From: an uncultured Pseudomonadota bacterium
Lineage (GTDB): Bacteria > Vulcanimicrobiota > Vulcanimicrobiia > Eremiobacterales > Eremiobacteraceae
Direction: 5' to 3'
Assembly (NCBI GenBank): GCA_963736005.1
Contig: CAVTNB010000003.1
Span: 384,001-448,000 of the forward strand
Length of the DNA stretch: 64,000 bases
Part shown: piece after piece, positions 8,839 to 18,268 of the stretch
How the letters are laid out: every line of letters starts with the position of its first letter
How positions within the stretch are numbered: the stretch's first letter is position 1
Translations under genes and position numbers: made by a program
Notes under the pieces: model-generated
What the model saw: the letters and a program-made list of their open reading frames with translations, nothing else
Told to the model about the DNA's origin: nothing
Database searches by the model: none

Positions 8839-10097
8839 ATCGAGAAGGTTTCGAGACGGTGTCTTACTGACTGCAAGAAGCGCGACGCCACCGAGCCATC
8901 GAGGACGCGGTGATCGAGGCTCATGCAAAGATTCATGATCGAGCGGATTGCAATGGCGTCATTGATCACCCAAGGTCGCTTGACCACGGCTTCCATAGTG
9001 ATGATGGCAGCCTGAGGAGGGTTGATGATCGGGTAGGACGCGACGCTTCCGAGTGCGCCCGTGTTGTCGACCGTGAACGTGCCGTCGGACATGTCCTCCA
9101 TGGTGAGCTTGCGACTACGAGCCTTGGCGACCAATTCGGTCATGGCCCGCGCCAGCCCGGAAAGACTAAGACGATCTGCATCGCGGACAACTGGAACGAC
9201 GAGTCCTTCTTCAATTTCGACTGCGATGCCGATGTTGATATGGCTGCGAACGATGATGCGATCGCCTGCCCACGTCGCATTTACCATCGGAAATTCGCGT
9301 AACGCGCCACACACCGCAGTGACAACGATCGGTAGGAAGGTCAGATTCACCCCTTCTCGGGCCTTGAAGCCCTCCTTCTCTCGCTCTCGCCACTTCGCAA
9401 CTTCGGTGACGTCCGCTTCGACCATTGACCAAGCATGAGGCACCGTCGTCTTGGAAAGCACCATGTGTTCGGCAATCGTCTTGCGCATCTGCGTGACGCG
9501 GACCGACGTGTCGCCTTCACCCGGTGGAGCGACCGGGACGGGTTTGGCGGGCGCAGCCACATGAGCCGCAGGAGCGGCGGTCACGCTGGCCGCGGTTTGC
9601 GCCGCTGGAGCCTGCCCTGTCGCAGCGGCACCCGAATGATCGATTACATCTTTGGCGGTGATCCGACCACCGCGCCCGCTGCCGGAGAGCTGACGCAGAT
9701 CGACTCCGTGCTCGCGCGCGAGTTTGCGCACGGCTGGCGAGTAGCGATTGTCGTCGGCCTCGCCATCGGATGAAATTGAGGGCGCCGCGTTATGACTTAC
9801 TCGCGCGGCGGGTTCGGTCGGCGCAATGGTGGAGGCGTTTGGCGCGGCTTTTGCTTCTACTCCAGATTCGCTGATCTCACAAACGGGAGCGCCAACGGGA
9901 ATCGTCGATCCTTCGGCCGCCACAATCTTCGTGAGCGTTCCGGCAAACGGTGAGGGAATCTCAGAAGCGACTTTATCAGTCTCCACTTCGAGCAGCGGCT
10001 CGTACTTGGCAACTGCTTCGCCCTCTTTCTTGAGCCAGCGCCCGACGGTCCCTTCGGTGACCGTCTCACCCAGTTGTGGCATCGTGACGATTGCCAA
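8835..10097 (-). CDS. bkdB: Dihydrolipoamide acyltransferase E2 of 2-oxoacid (probably branched-chain) dehydrogenase
   Basis: Lipoyl ETDKV, E3-binding SPAVRKLARE-GSGRGGRIT, catalytic DHRVLDG. Confidence 0.92.
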   Translation of the reverse strand: MAIVTMPQLGETVTEGTVGRWLKKEGEAVAKYEPLLEVETDKVASEIPSPFAGTLTKIVAAEGSTIPVGAPVCEISESGVEAKAAPNASTIAPTEPAARVSHNAAPSISSDGEADDNRYSPAVRKLAREHGVDLRQLSGSGRGGRITAKDVIDHSGAAATGQAPAAQTAASVTAAPAAHVAAPAKPVPVAPPGEGDTSVRVTQMRKTIAEHMVLSKTTVPHAWSMVEADVTEVAKWREREKEGFKAREGVNLTFLPIVVTAVCGALREFPMVNATWAGDRIIVRSHINIGIAVEIEEGLVVPVVRDADRLSLSGLARAMTELVAKARSRKLTMEDMSDGTFTVDNTGALGSVASYPIINPPQAAIITMEAVVKRPWVINDAIAIRSIMNLCMSLDHRVLDGSVASRFLQSVRHRLETFSM

Positions 10098-10109
10098 AGC
10101 TTGAGCTCC

Positions 10110-11093
10110 TTAGATTGCGACGAGGTCGCGCATCGCCGCGGCGATTTTTTCTGGATTGGGCATGAACGCTTCTTCGTATTCCTTTGCGTAGCCCATCGCG
10201 GGGACGTCCGGCCCACACACGCGCCGAATGGGGGCATCGAGATCGAAGAACGCTTCCTCGGCGATGATTGCGGAAACCTCGGCACCGACACCGCCGAATT
10301 TTTGATCCTCGTGTACGATCAGCGCGCGACGAGTCTTCCGAACGCTCTCCAAAATTGCGCTACGATCCATCGGTCGAATCGACCGCAAGTCGATGACCTC
10401 GGCTTCCACGCCCTCTTTCGCCAGCGTTTCGGCTGCCTCGACTGCGAAGTGGCGCATGAGGCCGTAGGTAATGACGCTGAGATCCTTACCAGGACGGGCC
10501 ACGTCCGCTTTGCCGATCGGAACGGTGAAATCGCCATCCGGCACTTCGCCTTTGATGAGACGATACGTTCGCTTGTGCTCGAGAAACAGCACCGGGTCAT
10601 CATCGCGAATCGCGCTCGTCAACATGCCTTGGGCGTCTGCGGGCGTCGAGGGAACGCATACTTTCAAGCCGGGAACGTGATAGAAAAGCGCTTCCACGCT
10701 GACCGAATGCGACAGCGCTCCGCGCACGCCGCCGCCGTACGGCGTGCGGATGACGAGCGGGCACGAGTTACCCCCCGCGCTGCGATAGCGAATCTTGGCC
10801 GCTTCGCCGACGATCTGGTTGTACGCGGGGTAGATGAAGTCGGCAAATTGGATTTCGGCAACTGGGCGCATGCCGGCCATCGCGGCCCCAATGGCGATTC
10901 CCACGATGGAAGCCTCGGCCAGCGGCGTATCAACGACCCGATCTCGGCCGAATTCCTCTAGGAACCCTTTCGTTATGAGGAAGACGTTACCGCGCGGGCC
11001 CACATCTTCGCCCATGATGAAGACCCGTGAGTCGCGCGCCATTTCGTTGTGGAGCGCGTCGCGAACGCCTTCGAGCACCGTTTTGTTTGCCAT
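10110..11093 (-). CDS. bkdA2: 2-oxoacid dehydrogenase E1 beta subunit
   Basis: GEDVG, DTPLAE, EIQFADF, GALSHS, PVLFLEHK. Confidence 0.92.
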   Translation of the reverse strand: MANKTVLEGVRDALHNEMARDSRVFIMGEDVGPRGNVFLITKGFLEEFGRDRVVDTPLAEASIVGIAIGAAMAGMRPVAEIQFADFIYPAYNQIVGEAAKIRYRSAGGNSCPLVIRTPYGGGVRGALSHSVSVEALFYHVPGLKVCVPSTPADAQGMLTSAIRDDDPVLFLEHKRTYRLIKGEVPDGDFTVPIGKADVARPGKDLSVITYGLMRHFAVEAAETLAKEGVEAEVIDLRSIRPMDRSAILESVRKTRRALIVHEDQKFGGVGAEVSAIIAEEAFFDLDAPIRRVCGPDVPAMGYAKEYEEAFMPNPEKIAAAMRDLVAI

Positions 11094-11102
11094 CAACAAA
11101 CC

Positions 11103-12120
11103 TTACGAAAGTGGGCCCGAGGCATACACATGCGTATACAGATCAGCTTCAGTGGGGGGCGGCTGCGCTTCGGCCCAATCGGTTGCATCGTCCACTTCCG
11201 CTTGCGCTTTCTTCTTCATTTGCGCAATCATCTCGTCATCAGCGAGGCCGCGGTCCTTGAGCCATCCATCAAAGCGCGGGATCGGGTCGCGACGCCTTGA
11301 GCGCCTCGATATCTTCGGGCGTTCGATAGGTTAGCTGATTGTCGTCGCTCGTGTGTGACATGGCGCGGTAGAACTTGGCCTCGACGAGCGTCGGGCCTTC
11401 GCCTATGCGAGCGCGTTCGACCGCCTCATGCACGACCGAGTAGGTCGCACCACATCCGTGCCGTCGCAAATGACGCCCGGGAAGCCGTATCCTGCGGCGC
11501 GGTCGGCGACGTTGGAGACCGCCATCTGGAGTTTCTGAGGAACTGAGATAGCAAACTCGTTGTTCTCGCACAAGAAAACCACGGGCACATTGTGAATCCC
11601 GGCGAAGTTCATGGCTTCGTGCCACTCGCCTTCGCTCGTGGAACCCTCACCAAAGGTGATGAGCGTAACGACCGGTTCTTTGCGCATCTTAAACGCCAGC
11701 GCCATGCCAACGCCGTGCGTCACGTGAGCGGCAATGATGCTCGAGATGCTCGCGATCTTTCGATCGGGCACGCTGTAATGGTTCGGGAAATTGCCGGCCG
11801 CTGGAGAAAATGTCATCCTTGCGCGCGAAAAGGCACATGAGCTGCTCTCTCGGGGTGACGCCATACGATAGCGCGAGCGCGGTGTCGCGATAGTAGGGCA
11901 CGACCCAGTCGGTACCGCGTTTGAGCGCGAATGCGGCCGCTACTTGTGCCGCTTCGTGGCCCTGGCACGTTGCGGCGAACGGTATCTTGCCTTGGCGATT
12001 GAGGGCGAAGGCACGATCGTCGCACAGGCGTGTGAGAACCATGCGATAGTACATTTCGCGCAAGGTATCCGCAGAGAGACCCTCCGGCAGTGAGACCCGG
12101 ACTTTTGGTTCACTCTTCAT
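11103..12120 (-). pseudogene. bkdA1: 2-oxoacid dehydrogenase E1 alpha subunit, split by three frameshifts (probably sequence errors)
   Basis: QGHEAAQV, PYYRD, GEGSTSEG-CENN ThDP motif, HTSDD and RDPI fall in successive frames; shifts near 11788, 11447, 11295. Confidence 0.85.
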
Positions 12121-12222
12121 GAGCCGGTCGTTTGACGCGCTTGCCAGCGACTCTTCCCTGGCCGCCCTCCGCGAGCTCACGGCTGCGGGGTTTTGTTGCA
12201 ACAAGCACGTATTGCGGTCTCT

Positions 12223-13326
12223 ATGAGACCACAGGTGAGACGGTGCATGGCAGCCGCTGCGATTGCATTGCTGCTCGTTTCGGGCTTCTCTGGGTGTTCG
12301 AAACCCCTCGACCCAAATAGCAACGTTCCCGCCTACGATCAACCGCTGGTGCTTCTGTTGGCTGCAATCGGTCTCGGCATCGGCATCACCGCGCTGCATC
12401 ATCACAACGAGAACCACTCGGGCAGCTCCGGCACACCGACGCTGACCACACCCTCGTTCGTGGGTTCACTGACAAATCAACCCTTCGATCTCGCTCTCGA
12501 TCTGAGCGTGGCTGGGTCTGTCGGCGCCCTTGGGACTAGTGGTGGCGGCGGCAATTATGGTTTTACGGAGACCGGTTCATCTTCTACCAACGCCGGCTCG
12601 TACACGCTCCCGACCGGTTATCACCCTGTCGCGGTGGCCATCGATGGCGTTGGGGATGATTGGTTCGACGACAGCGCTGGCAATATCGATAAGTGCCCGC
12701 CACCGACGTCGACCTCTGGAGCGTGCACGCCGCTTCTTACTTTCAGTGACGCCCTGGGCAGCGGTGGCTTCCGCGCGCTCGTCGCAGATTCCACGCACGT
12801 TTTTATCGCGGCTGATAATCGCAGCGGAACGGTCAAGTGGGCAGCCTTCGCGCTCGATGGGACCGGCGGGCTCAACGGATCGTACACTTACTCCGGTAAC
12901 GGCATCTACTCGCAAGATGCGGCGGTTGCTGTGTCAGGCACGTCTGCGGCAACCTACGAAGTCTTCCATCAAGATGGCACATCGTGGACCATCCCACTGC
13001 CTGGTCCGGCAAGTAAGAACACGTTTACCTTTAGTCCATTGCCATTGGCAGCCGCGAATGTGGCCTTCGATGGCGCCTCCCTTTTCTATGGCGCGCTTGG
13101 TTCGGCGACCTCGGGCAGCTATCAGATCGGTCGCTGGGTCGGTCCCAATAATTCGCTCGAGAAGCCGCCGGGTGCACTTGTTTCCCGAATTACTATTGCG
13201 TACAATGGGCAGACGAGCCCGAGGGGAGCGGCCTTTGTTGTGCCGGTGCGCGCACTCCACACCGACGGCTCTTTCATCTATATGCTCGATGCAAGAGGCA
13301 AACTCGTGCTGTTTGCCGCTTTCTAA
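12223..13326 (+). CDS. Hypothetical lipoprotein, Gly/Ser/Thr-rich, possible beta-propeller
   Basis: Lipobox-like FSGC; PVAVAIDGVGD NHL-like strand. Confidence 0.65.
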   Translation: MRPQVRRCMAAAAIALLLVSGFSGCSKPLDPNSNVPAYDQPLVLLLAAIGLGIGITALHHHNENHSGSSGTPTLTTPSFVGSLTNQPFDLALDLSVAGSVGALGTSGGGGNYGFTETGSSSTNAGSYTLPTGYHPVAVAIDGVGDDWFDDSAGNIDKCPPPTSTSGACTPLLTFSDALGSGGFRALVADSTHVFIAADNRSGTVKWAAFALDGTGGLNGSYTYSGNGIYSQDAAVAVSGTSAATYEVFHQDGTSWTIPLPGPASKNTFTFSPLPLAAANVAFDGASLFYGALGSATSGSYQIGRWVGPNNSLEKPPGALVSRITIAYNGQTSPRGAAFVVPVRALHTDGSFIYMLDARGKLVLFAAF

Positions 13327-13339
13327 GAGGCGCACGATC

Positions 13340-13699
13340 ATGTCAACCAGAGCTCTACGACCAAACGCAGCTGCCTCGCTGCTGAACCAGTTGCAACGTC
13401 TCGCTTCGGCGGACCAAGGCAGCGCCGACCTCGCCCAGCTGCTGCTCGCTCCTCTCGCGCGAGAGGATGATGAGCGCGGCAATAATCTGCTCGCCACGCT
13501 GCGCGCATACTATGAGTGCGGAGCTCGTGTCGACTGGACCGCAGATCGCCTCTTTCTCCACCGCAACAGCGTGCGCTATCGGCTCGATCGCGTTCGTTCC
13601 TTGCTTAGGATGAACATCGACGAACCGCAAGCGATCGCCGCGCTCGTGTTGGCACTCGAGTGCAGCGGGCAGGCAGCGGAGCAAGCAGATGCGGGTTAG
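13340..13699 (+). CDS. Stand-alone PucR/CdaR C-terminal helix-turn-helix protein
   Basis: LLATLRAY and TADRLFLHRNSVRYRL motif; only 119 aa. Confidence 0.85.
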   Translation: MSTRALRPNAAASLLNQLQRLASADQGSADLAQLLLAPLAREDDERGNNLLATLRAYYECGARVDWTADRLFLHRNSVRYRLDRVRSLLRMNIDEPQAIAALVLALECSGQAAEQADAG

Positions 13700-13892
13700 C
13701 GCGCGCAACAAGCTCCCGGGCATCGTGTCCGATATCCAAACCGATGGGCTCATGGCAAAAGTGAGCGTACGCATCGGCGACAATCATATCGTTGCGTTGA
13801 TCACCGCGGAATCCGTCGCCGAGTTGGAGCTGCGGGTTGGAGACCACGTGTCGGCCCTGATCAAGTCGACCTCAGTCATGCTCGCAAAATAG
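13689..13892 (+). CDS. Mop/TOBE molybdate-binding protein (molbindin)
   Basis: SARNKLPG, ALITAESV-EL-L-VGD-V-ALIKST; 67 aa. Confidence 0.9.
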   Translation: MRVSARNKLPGIVSDIQTDGLMAKVSVRIGDNHIVALITAESVAELELRVGDHVSALIKSTSVMLAK

Positions 13893-13901
13893 TAATCCGA
13901 T

Positions 13902-13927
13902 CGCGCGCATAGATTTCGCGCGACGAC
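13902..13927 (-). repeat. Degenerate REP family B directly abutting PepSY ATG
   Basis: cgcgcgcatagatttcgcgcgacgac followed by ATG at 13928. Confidence 0.6.
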
Positions 13928-15031
13928 ATGAGGAACGTGCGTAGAGCGATCTTCGTGCTGCATAAATATCTCGGCCTCTTTGTTGGGGTCTACTTTTTTG
14001 TTATCTGCGGCACCGGCGCTATCCTCATCTTACTGGAGAATCGCATCGACGGCTTTCTCGACTACCCGGTCATCCACGTAACACCCACCCACGAAAAACG
14101 CTCTCTTACCTCGATGCTTGCGACGGTGCACAGTGCATATCCAGATGCAACCGTGACGCACATTCTAGAGTCATGTCAGGTCGGGTGCACGTATGATGCA
14201 AGCCTCCGGCAAACGGATGATGACCGCCTTGACGTCCTCGTCAACCCCTACAACGGTGCCATCATCCGCGCGCAACTTTGGAGCAAGTCGGCGGTCGGCG
14301 TGCTCTACGACTTTCACGCCAACCTCTTTGGCGGCGACAAAGGCTCCTTCATCAATTCAATCATTGGGCTCGTTGCGGTCCTCATGGTCTTGAGCGGGCT
14401 CTACCTGTGGCCGGGCTGGCGGAGACTGCCAATCGGGTTCTCGATCAAGTGGGGTTCGGATTCATGGCGGGTGAACTTCGACATCCACAAGATCACCGGC
14501 ATTCTGTGTGTCGTGTTTTTTGTCTACATCGTGCTCACCGGCATCGCCACCGTCCTCATCGCCGAGCCAAACACGCCCCAGCCTTCCTTGGCAACGACGC
14601 AACCGTTGCATCCGTCAATGGAACTTGATACTCTTGTAGCTATCGGCGATCGGGCGCTGCCCGGGAAGATCACGATGGTCTACCCACCCGCAGCGTCGAC
14701 GGCACCGGTGCGCATTCGCAAGGTGGTCCCAGGAGATCCAGATCCTTACGGCTGGAGCTTTGTCTCGGTTGACCAGCATTCGGGTGCGGTCGTTGGTCTC
14801 GTAGATCGTCGGCGCTGGCCTTTGTGGTGGCGTTTGTACACGTTCTTTTATCCGCTCCACATCGGTTCGGTGGGTGGATATCCACTTCGCTTCCTCTACG
14901 TCGTTCTTGCGATGGCTCCAATCGTGCTCTACTTTACAGGTTTTCTCCAGTGGCTCAATCGGGTGAAGCGTGATGAAGCGGTTGCAACCGCGCGATCGGC
15001 CCGACTCTCGGCGAGTCCAAGCACGCGTTGA
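13928..15031 (+). CDS. PepSY-associated TM helix domain membrane protein
   Basis: LHKYLGL, DFHANL, DIHKITG, PLHIG His-containing TM pattern. Confidence 0.88.
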   Translation: MRNVRRAIFVLHKYLGLFVGVYFFVICGTGAILILLENRIDGFLDYPVIHVTPTHEKRSLTSMLATVHSAYPDATVTHILESCQVGCTYDASLRQTDDDRLDVLVNPYNGAIIRAQLWSKSAVGVLYDFHANLFGGDKGSFINSIIGLVAVLMVLSGLYLWPGWRRLPIGFSIKWGSDSWRVNFDIHKITGILCVVFFVYIVLTGIATVLIAEPNTPQPSLATTQPLHPSMELDTLVAIGDRALPGKITMVYPPAASTAPVRIRKVVPGDPDPYGWSFVSVDQHSGAVVGLVDRRRWPLWWRLYTFFYPLHIGSVGGYPLRFLYVVLAMAPIVLYFTGFLQWLNRVKRDEAVATARSARLSASPSTR

Positions 15032-15053
15032 ACTTCTGCTCAGGAGGAAAAAG

Positions 15054-18000
15054 ATGAGAACCATTTACGTTTTTGCAGCGGTGTGCTCGCTGATGGTCAT
15101 GTTTTCGGACGCTGCTGTCGACGCCGGCACTACTGGGACGCTCTCGGTAAGGGTCGTTGACGTACATGTCGTGCCCGTGGCTGGGGCAAAAGTTTCCGTC
15201 GCATCTCCATCGCAAAACGCAACGGGCGTTACGGATGCCCGCGGGTTCCTCGGATTTGTCAACCTCTCGCCTGACACCTATACCGTTGTCGCGTCTAAAG
15301 AAGGCTACAGCCCAACCTCAGTCGAGGGCGTTACAATACAGGCCGACCAGAACACGTTTGTTCAAATTTTGCTCCAAGTCCAAGTCACGCTCTTGGGACG
15401 CGTCGTGACCTCCGCCCAAGCCATCGTCAACAAGTCCGTCACAGGCGATCTCTACGCTGTGAATTCGAAAGCCATGAGCCAGTATCAAGGAAGCATGGGT
15501 GGCTCTGAGACGCTCAACAGTCAGTTTGGCGTCATCTCGTCGCTGCCGGGTGTTATTCGCACCATTGGAACCGGCGGTGGATATTATGGGAACGGACTTG
15601 TGAGCGTCCGTGGCGGCACGCCGGATCAGATCGGATTCGAACTCGAGGGCGTACCCCTCAATCGCAGCTTTGACAAGTACAACGGCGGTTCGTTTGCGGC
15701 GAACGGGCTTTCGAGCATCGAGCTCTACACCGGTGGAGAGCCGGCCGATGCTGGGCACTCGATGTCCGGTTTCGTCAACGGGGTCATACAGCGGGGTTCG
15801 TATCCTGGAGGTGCTGATTTCTCAGGCTTCGTCGGAGCACCGGCATTCAACCACACCGTCCAGGCCGATATCTACGGTGGCTCGCCAGACCAACGTTTTA
15901 CTTACTATGTTTCCACGCTTGCTATCAATTCTGATGTCCGCTACTCAAATTCCAGCAACCTGGACAATACCTCGATATCGATTCCAGCGAACGATCCGGG
16001 TTGTCCAAATGTCAACCTCATCAACTTCTCCTCGCTAAATTGCGCCCAACCACATGTGATTAACCTCCCGATCTCGCAAGCACCACTTGAAGTGCTCGGC
16101 ACGACCACCGTTTCCACTCGCAACACAGTGGCCAATTTGCATTTTGCTCTCCACCATGGCGACCTAAGTGACGACCTGCAAGCGCTGTACATGGTCGACT
16201 ATACGGGCAGTCCGTTTCCCTACTCGGGCGCGACGATCGATCCCCACATAGCGAACGCCTCCAACGCTTTGGGTCAGATCGTGTGGCCTTCAGGAGCGCT
16301 GTACACCGGTGCATTGGGGCAGCCGTTCAATCCGACAGCTTTCCGGACTTTGACTTGGCCGTCTTCCGGGGGCGGCACCGGCTTAGTTCCATTGTGGTAT
16401 TACGATGGGCAATCGACGCAACAATCGATCGAGAAGGTCAGCTATACACATCTCTTCACTCAGTCTTCGTTCCTGCGGTTCTATGTTTATGGGCTCTACT
16501 CGCTATGGGGTTTCGATCAGGCCACCAACACGCTCGTGGGCGGCATCTACTACACCTTGCGCAACAACACGACCGGCGCTACGGCAACCTATCAAAACCA
16601 ACTTAGCGACCACAACCTCTTCCGTGCGGACGTCGACTACGAAAAGCAAGTTGGCTTGCGCTACAGCTATTCACCGGGCGGCGGTGTCCTATGCGGCAAT
16701 CTGAGCGCGGGCCAAAGTAGCCTGGTCTCGTGCACACCGGGGGCAACGGTAGCGCAAATTAAGGTGCCGTCGCATTCGTGGAACGACCTGCCCGAGATTG
16801 ACACAGATGCCGCCCTCTCGGACAAGTGGCAAGCCTCGGATCGGTTGCTCTTTGAGCTTGGGGTGCGCTTTGATCGCTTCCATCAGGGACTCGACTCCCT
16901 GACTATTAACGGGCCCAACGGGATCGCCGAGCAGTCGCAAAACCAATTCGGAATCTGCCTCGATGGTTTTGCCTACGCAGCTTCCCAGCCATGTCACGGC
17001 TACCTCATAGCCGCGGGTGTACCGGCCGTGTTGCCGGGCGCGGCTAACTGGCAAGACGTGACAGGCTCGCTTGACTTCAACGAGTTTAGCCCGCGCTTTG
17101 GATTGACCTATACCGCCGACTCGGCGGATGTCATTCGCCTTTCGGTTGGCCGCTACGTCGAAGCTCCGAACACGTCGTACCAAGAGTACGTAGGCGCACC
17201 GTTTTGGGGCGTCGCAGGCACGGTCAACGCACTGAACAACTACTACAGCGGCTTTGGGTTTTTAGCTGTGCACAACGTTCAACCTGAAGACAGCACGAAC
17301 TACGATCTTTCCTTCGAGCATCAGTTCTCTGGCGGATGGGCCGCAAAAATCTCACCGTTCTACCGCGTGACGCGCAATCAAATTCTCAATGCGCCTGCCA
17401 ACCCGCTGGCCCCGCAACTCACCACCGGATTCAACTTTGGCGCCGCACGCATTCGAGGTGCAGAATTCCTTATTGGGCACAACCGAACAACCCCAAACGG
17501 TCTCAACGTGACGCTTGCAGCGACGTATAACGATGCAAAGATTCGGTTCGAGCGAAATCTTACCGGGCACAATTTTATCGACGCGGTGAATCGCGCAATT
17601 TCGATCTATAATACAAAGTATGCAACAAACTTCCCGCTGTTCGACCCTAATGGATACTACTCACCTTCGGTCACCGAATCGCCACAGTACTTGACGCCCT
17701 CGTACGATGTCCGCTGGACGATCAATCTGGGGCTCGATGAGCGCTTCCAGGGCTGGGACCTAACGCCAACCTTCAACTACCAATCGGGGAACCCGTACGG
17801 AGATCCGCTGGGATTTCCGGATTCTGGCGCTCAATTGCTAAAGTACGGACCAGATCCGTATACGCATACGTTCGATGGATTTGGATCATTAGTTGGGCCG
17901 TCGTGGCTTACCATGAATCTAGGTCTATCACGCGACCTGGGGTCAAACACGAGAGGGACGGTCCTCGTTACCAATCTGTTCACGATGATCCACAATCATG

Positions 18001-18176
18001 GTTATCCGTGGGAGTTCCCGACGCGCTATCAAGTCTTATCGTACGGCGACAACAACTTCTACTACGGTTTCCCCTTCTCGGGATCGGAATTTCTTGGGGA
18101 GAATTATTACCCATACGCACCGTTCTCGCTAAACCCAGCCACGCAGCTCACCTTCGCGATCACAACCAAGATGTAG
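15054..18176 (+). CDS. TonB-dependent receptor with N-terminal carboxypeptidase-regulatory-like domain
   Basis: RBS AGGAGG; signal peptide; PDTYTVVASKEGY; SLPGV, VRGG plug motifs; LGVRFD, FSPRFGLTY barrel strands. Confidence 0.85.
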   Translation: MRTIYVFAAVCSLMVMFSDAAVDAGTTGTLSVRVVDVHVVPVAGAKVSVASPSQNATGVTDARGFLGFVNLSPDTYTVVASKEGYSPTSVEGVTIQADQNTFVQILLQVQVTLLGRVVTSAQAIVNKSVTGDLYAVNSKAMSQYQGSMGGSETLNSQFGVISSLPGVIRTIGTGGGYYGNGLVSVRGGTPDQIGFELEGVPLNRSFDKYNGGSFAANGLSSIELYTGGEPADAGHSMSGFVNGVIQRGSYPGGADFSGFVGAPAFNHTVQADIYGGSPDQRFTYYVSTLAINSDVRYSNSSNLDNTSISIPANDPGCPNVNLINFSSLNCAQPHVINLPISQAPLEVLGTTTVSTRNTVANLHFALHHGDLSDDLQALYMVDYTGSPFPYSGATIDPHIANASNALGQIVWPSGALYTGALGQPFNPTAFRTLTWPSSGGGTGLVPLWYYDGQSTQQSIEKVSYTHLFTQSSFLRFYVYGLYSLWGFDQATNTLVGGIYYTLRNNTTGATATYQNQLSDHNLFRADVDYEKQVGLRYSYSPGGGVLCGNLSAGQSSLVSCTPGATVAQIKVPSHSWNDLPEIDTDAALSDKWQASDRLLFELGVRFDRFHQGLDSLTINGPNGIAEQSQNQFGICLDGFAYAASQPCHGYLIAAGVPAVLPGAANWQDVTGSLDFNEFSPRFGLTYTADSADVIRLSVGRYVEAPNTSYQEYVGAPFWGVAGTVNALNNYYSGFGFLAVHNVQPEDSTNYDLSFEHQFSGGWAAKISPFYRVTRNQILNAPANPLAPQLTTGFNFGAARIRGAEFLIGHNRTTPNGLNVTLAATYNDAKIRFERNLTGHNFIDAVNRAISIYNTKYATNFPLFDPNGYYSPSVTESPQYLTPSYDVRWTINLGLDERFQGWDLTPTFNYQSGNPYGDPLGFPDSGAQLLKYGPDPYTHTFDGFGSLVGPSWLTMNLGLSRDLGSNTRGTVLVTNLFTMIHNHGYPWEFPTRYQVLSYGDNNFYYGFPFSGSEFLGENYYPYAPFSLNPATQLTFAITTKM

Positions 18177-18267
18177 TGTCGCGATGACAACAAAAGATCT
18201 AGTGTCGCGAATTTATTCGCGACACTAGATTCGGTGTTTACGCGCGCGAATAGATTCGCGCGACTAC
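18173..18267. repeat. REP cluster: GTAG half-copy supplying TBDR stop, 16-bp perfect inverted repeat (18197-18230), family B copy (18243-18267)
   Basis: ATCTAGTGTCGCGAAT-TT-ATTCGCGACACTAGAT between convergent genes. Confidence 0.8.
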
Positions 18268-18268
18268 A

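Noticed and set aside
12530..13339. Long N-terminal region of the 389-aa PucR ORF
   Set aside because: Overlaps the lipoprotein gene in another frame with Arg/Pro-rich shadow composition; real start likely 13340.
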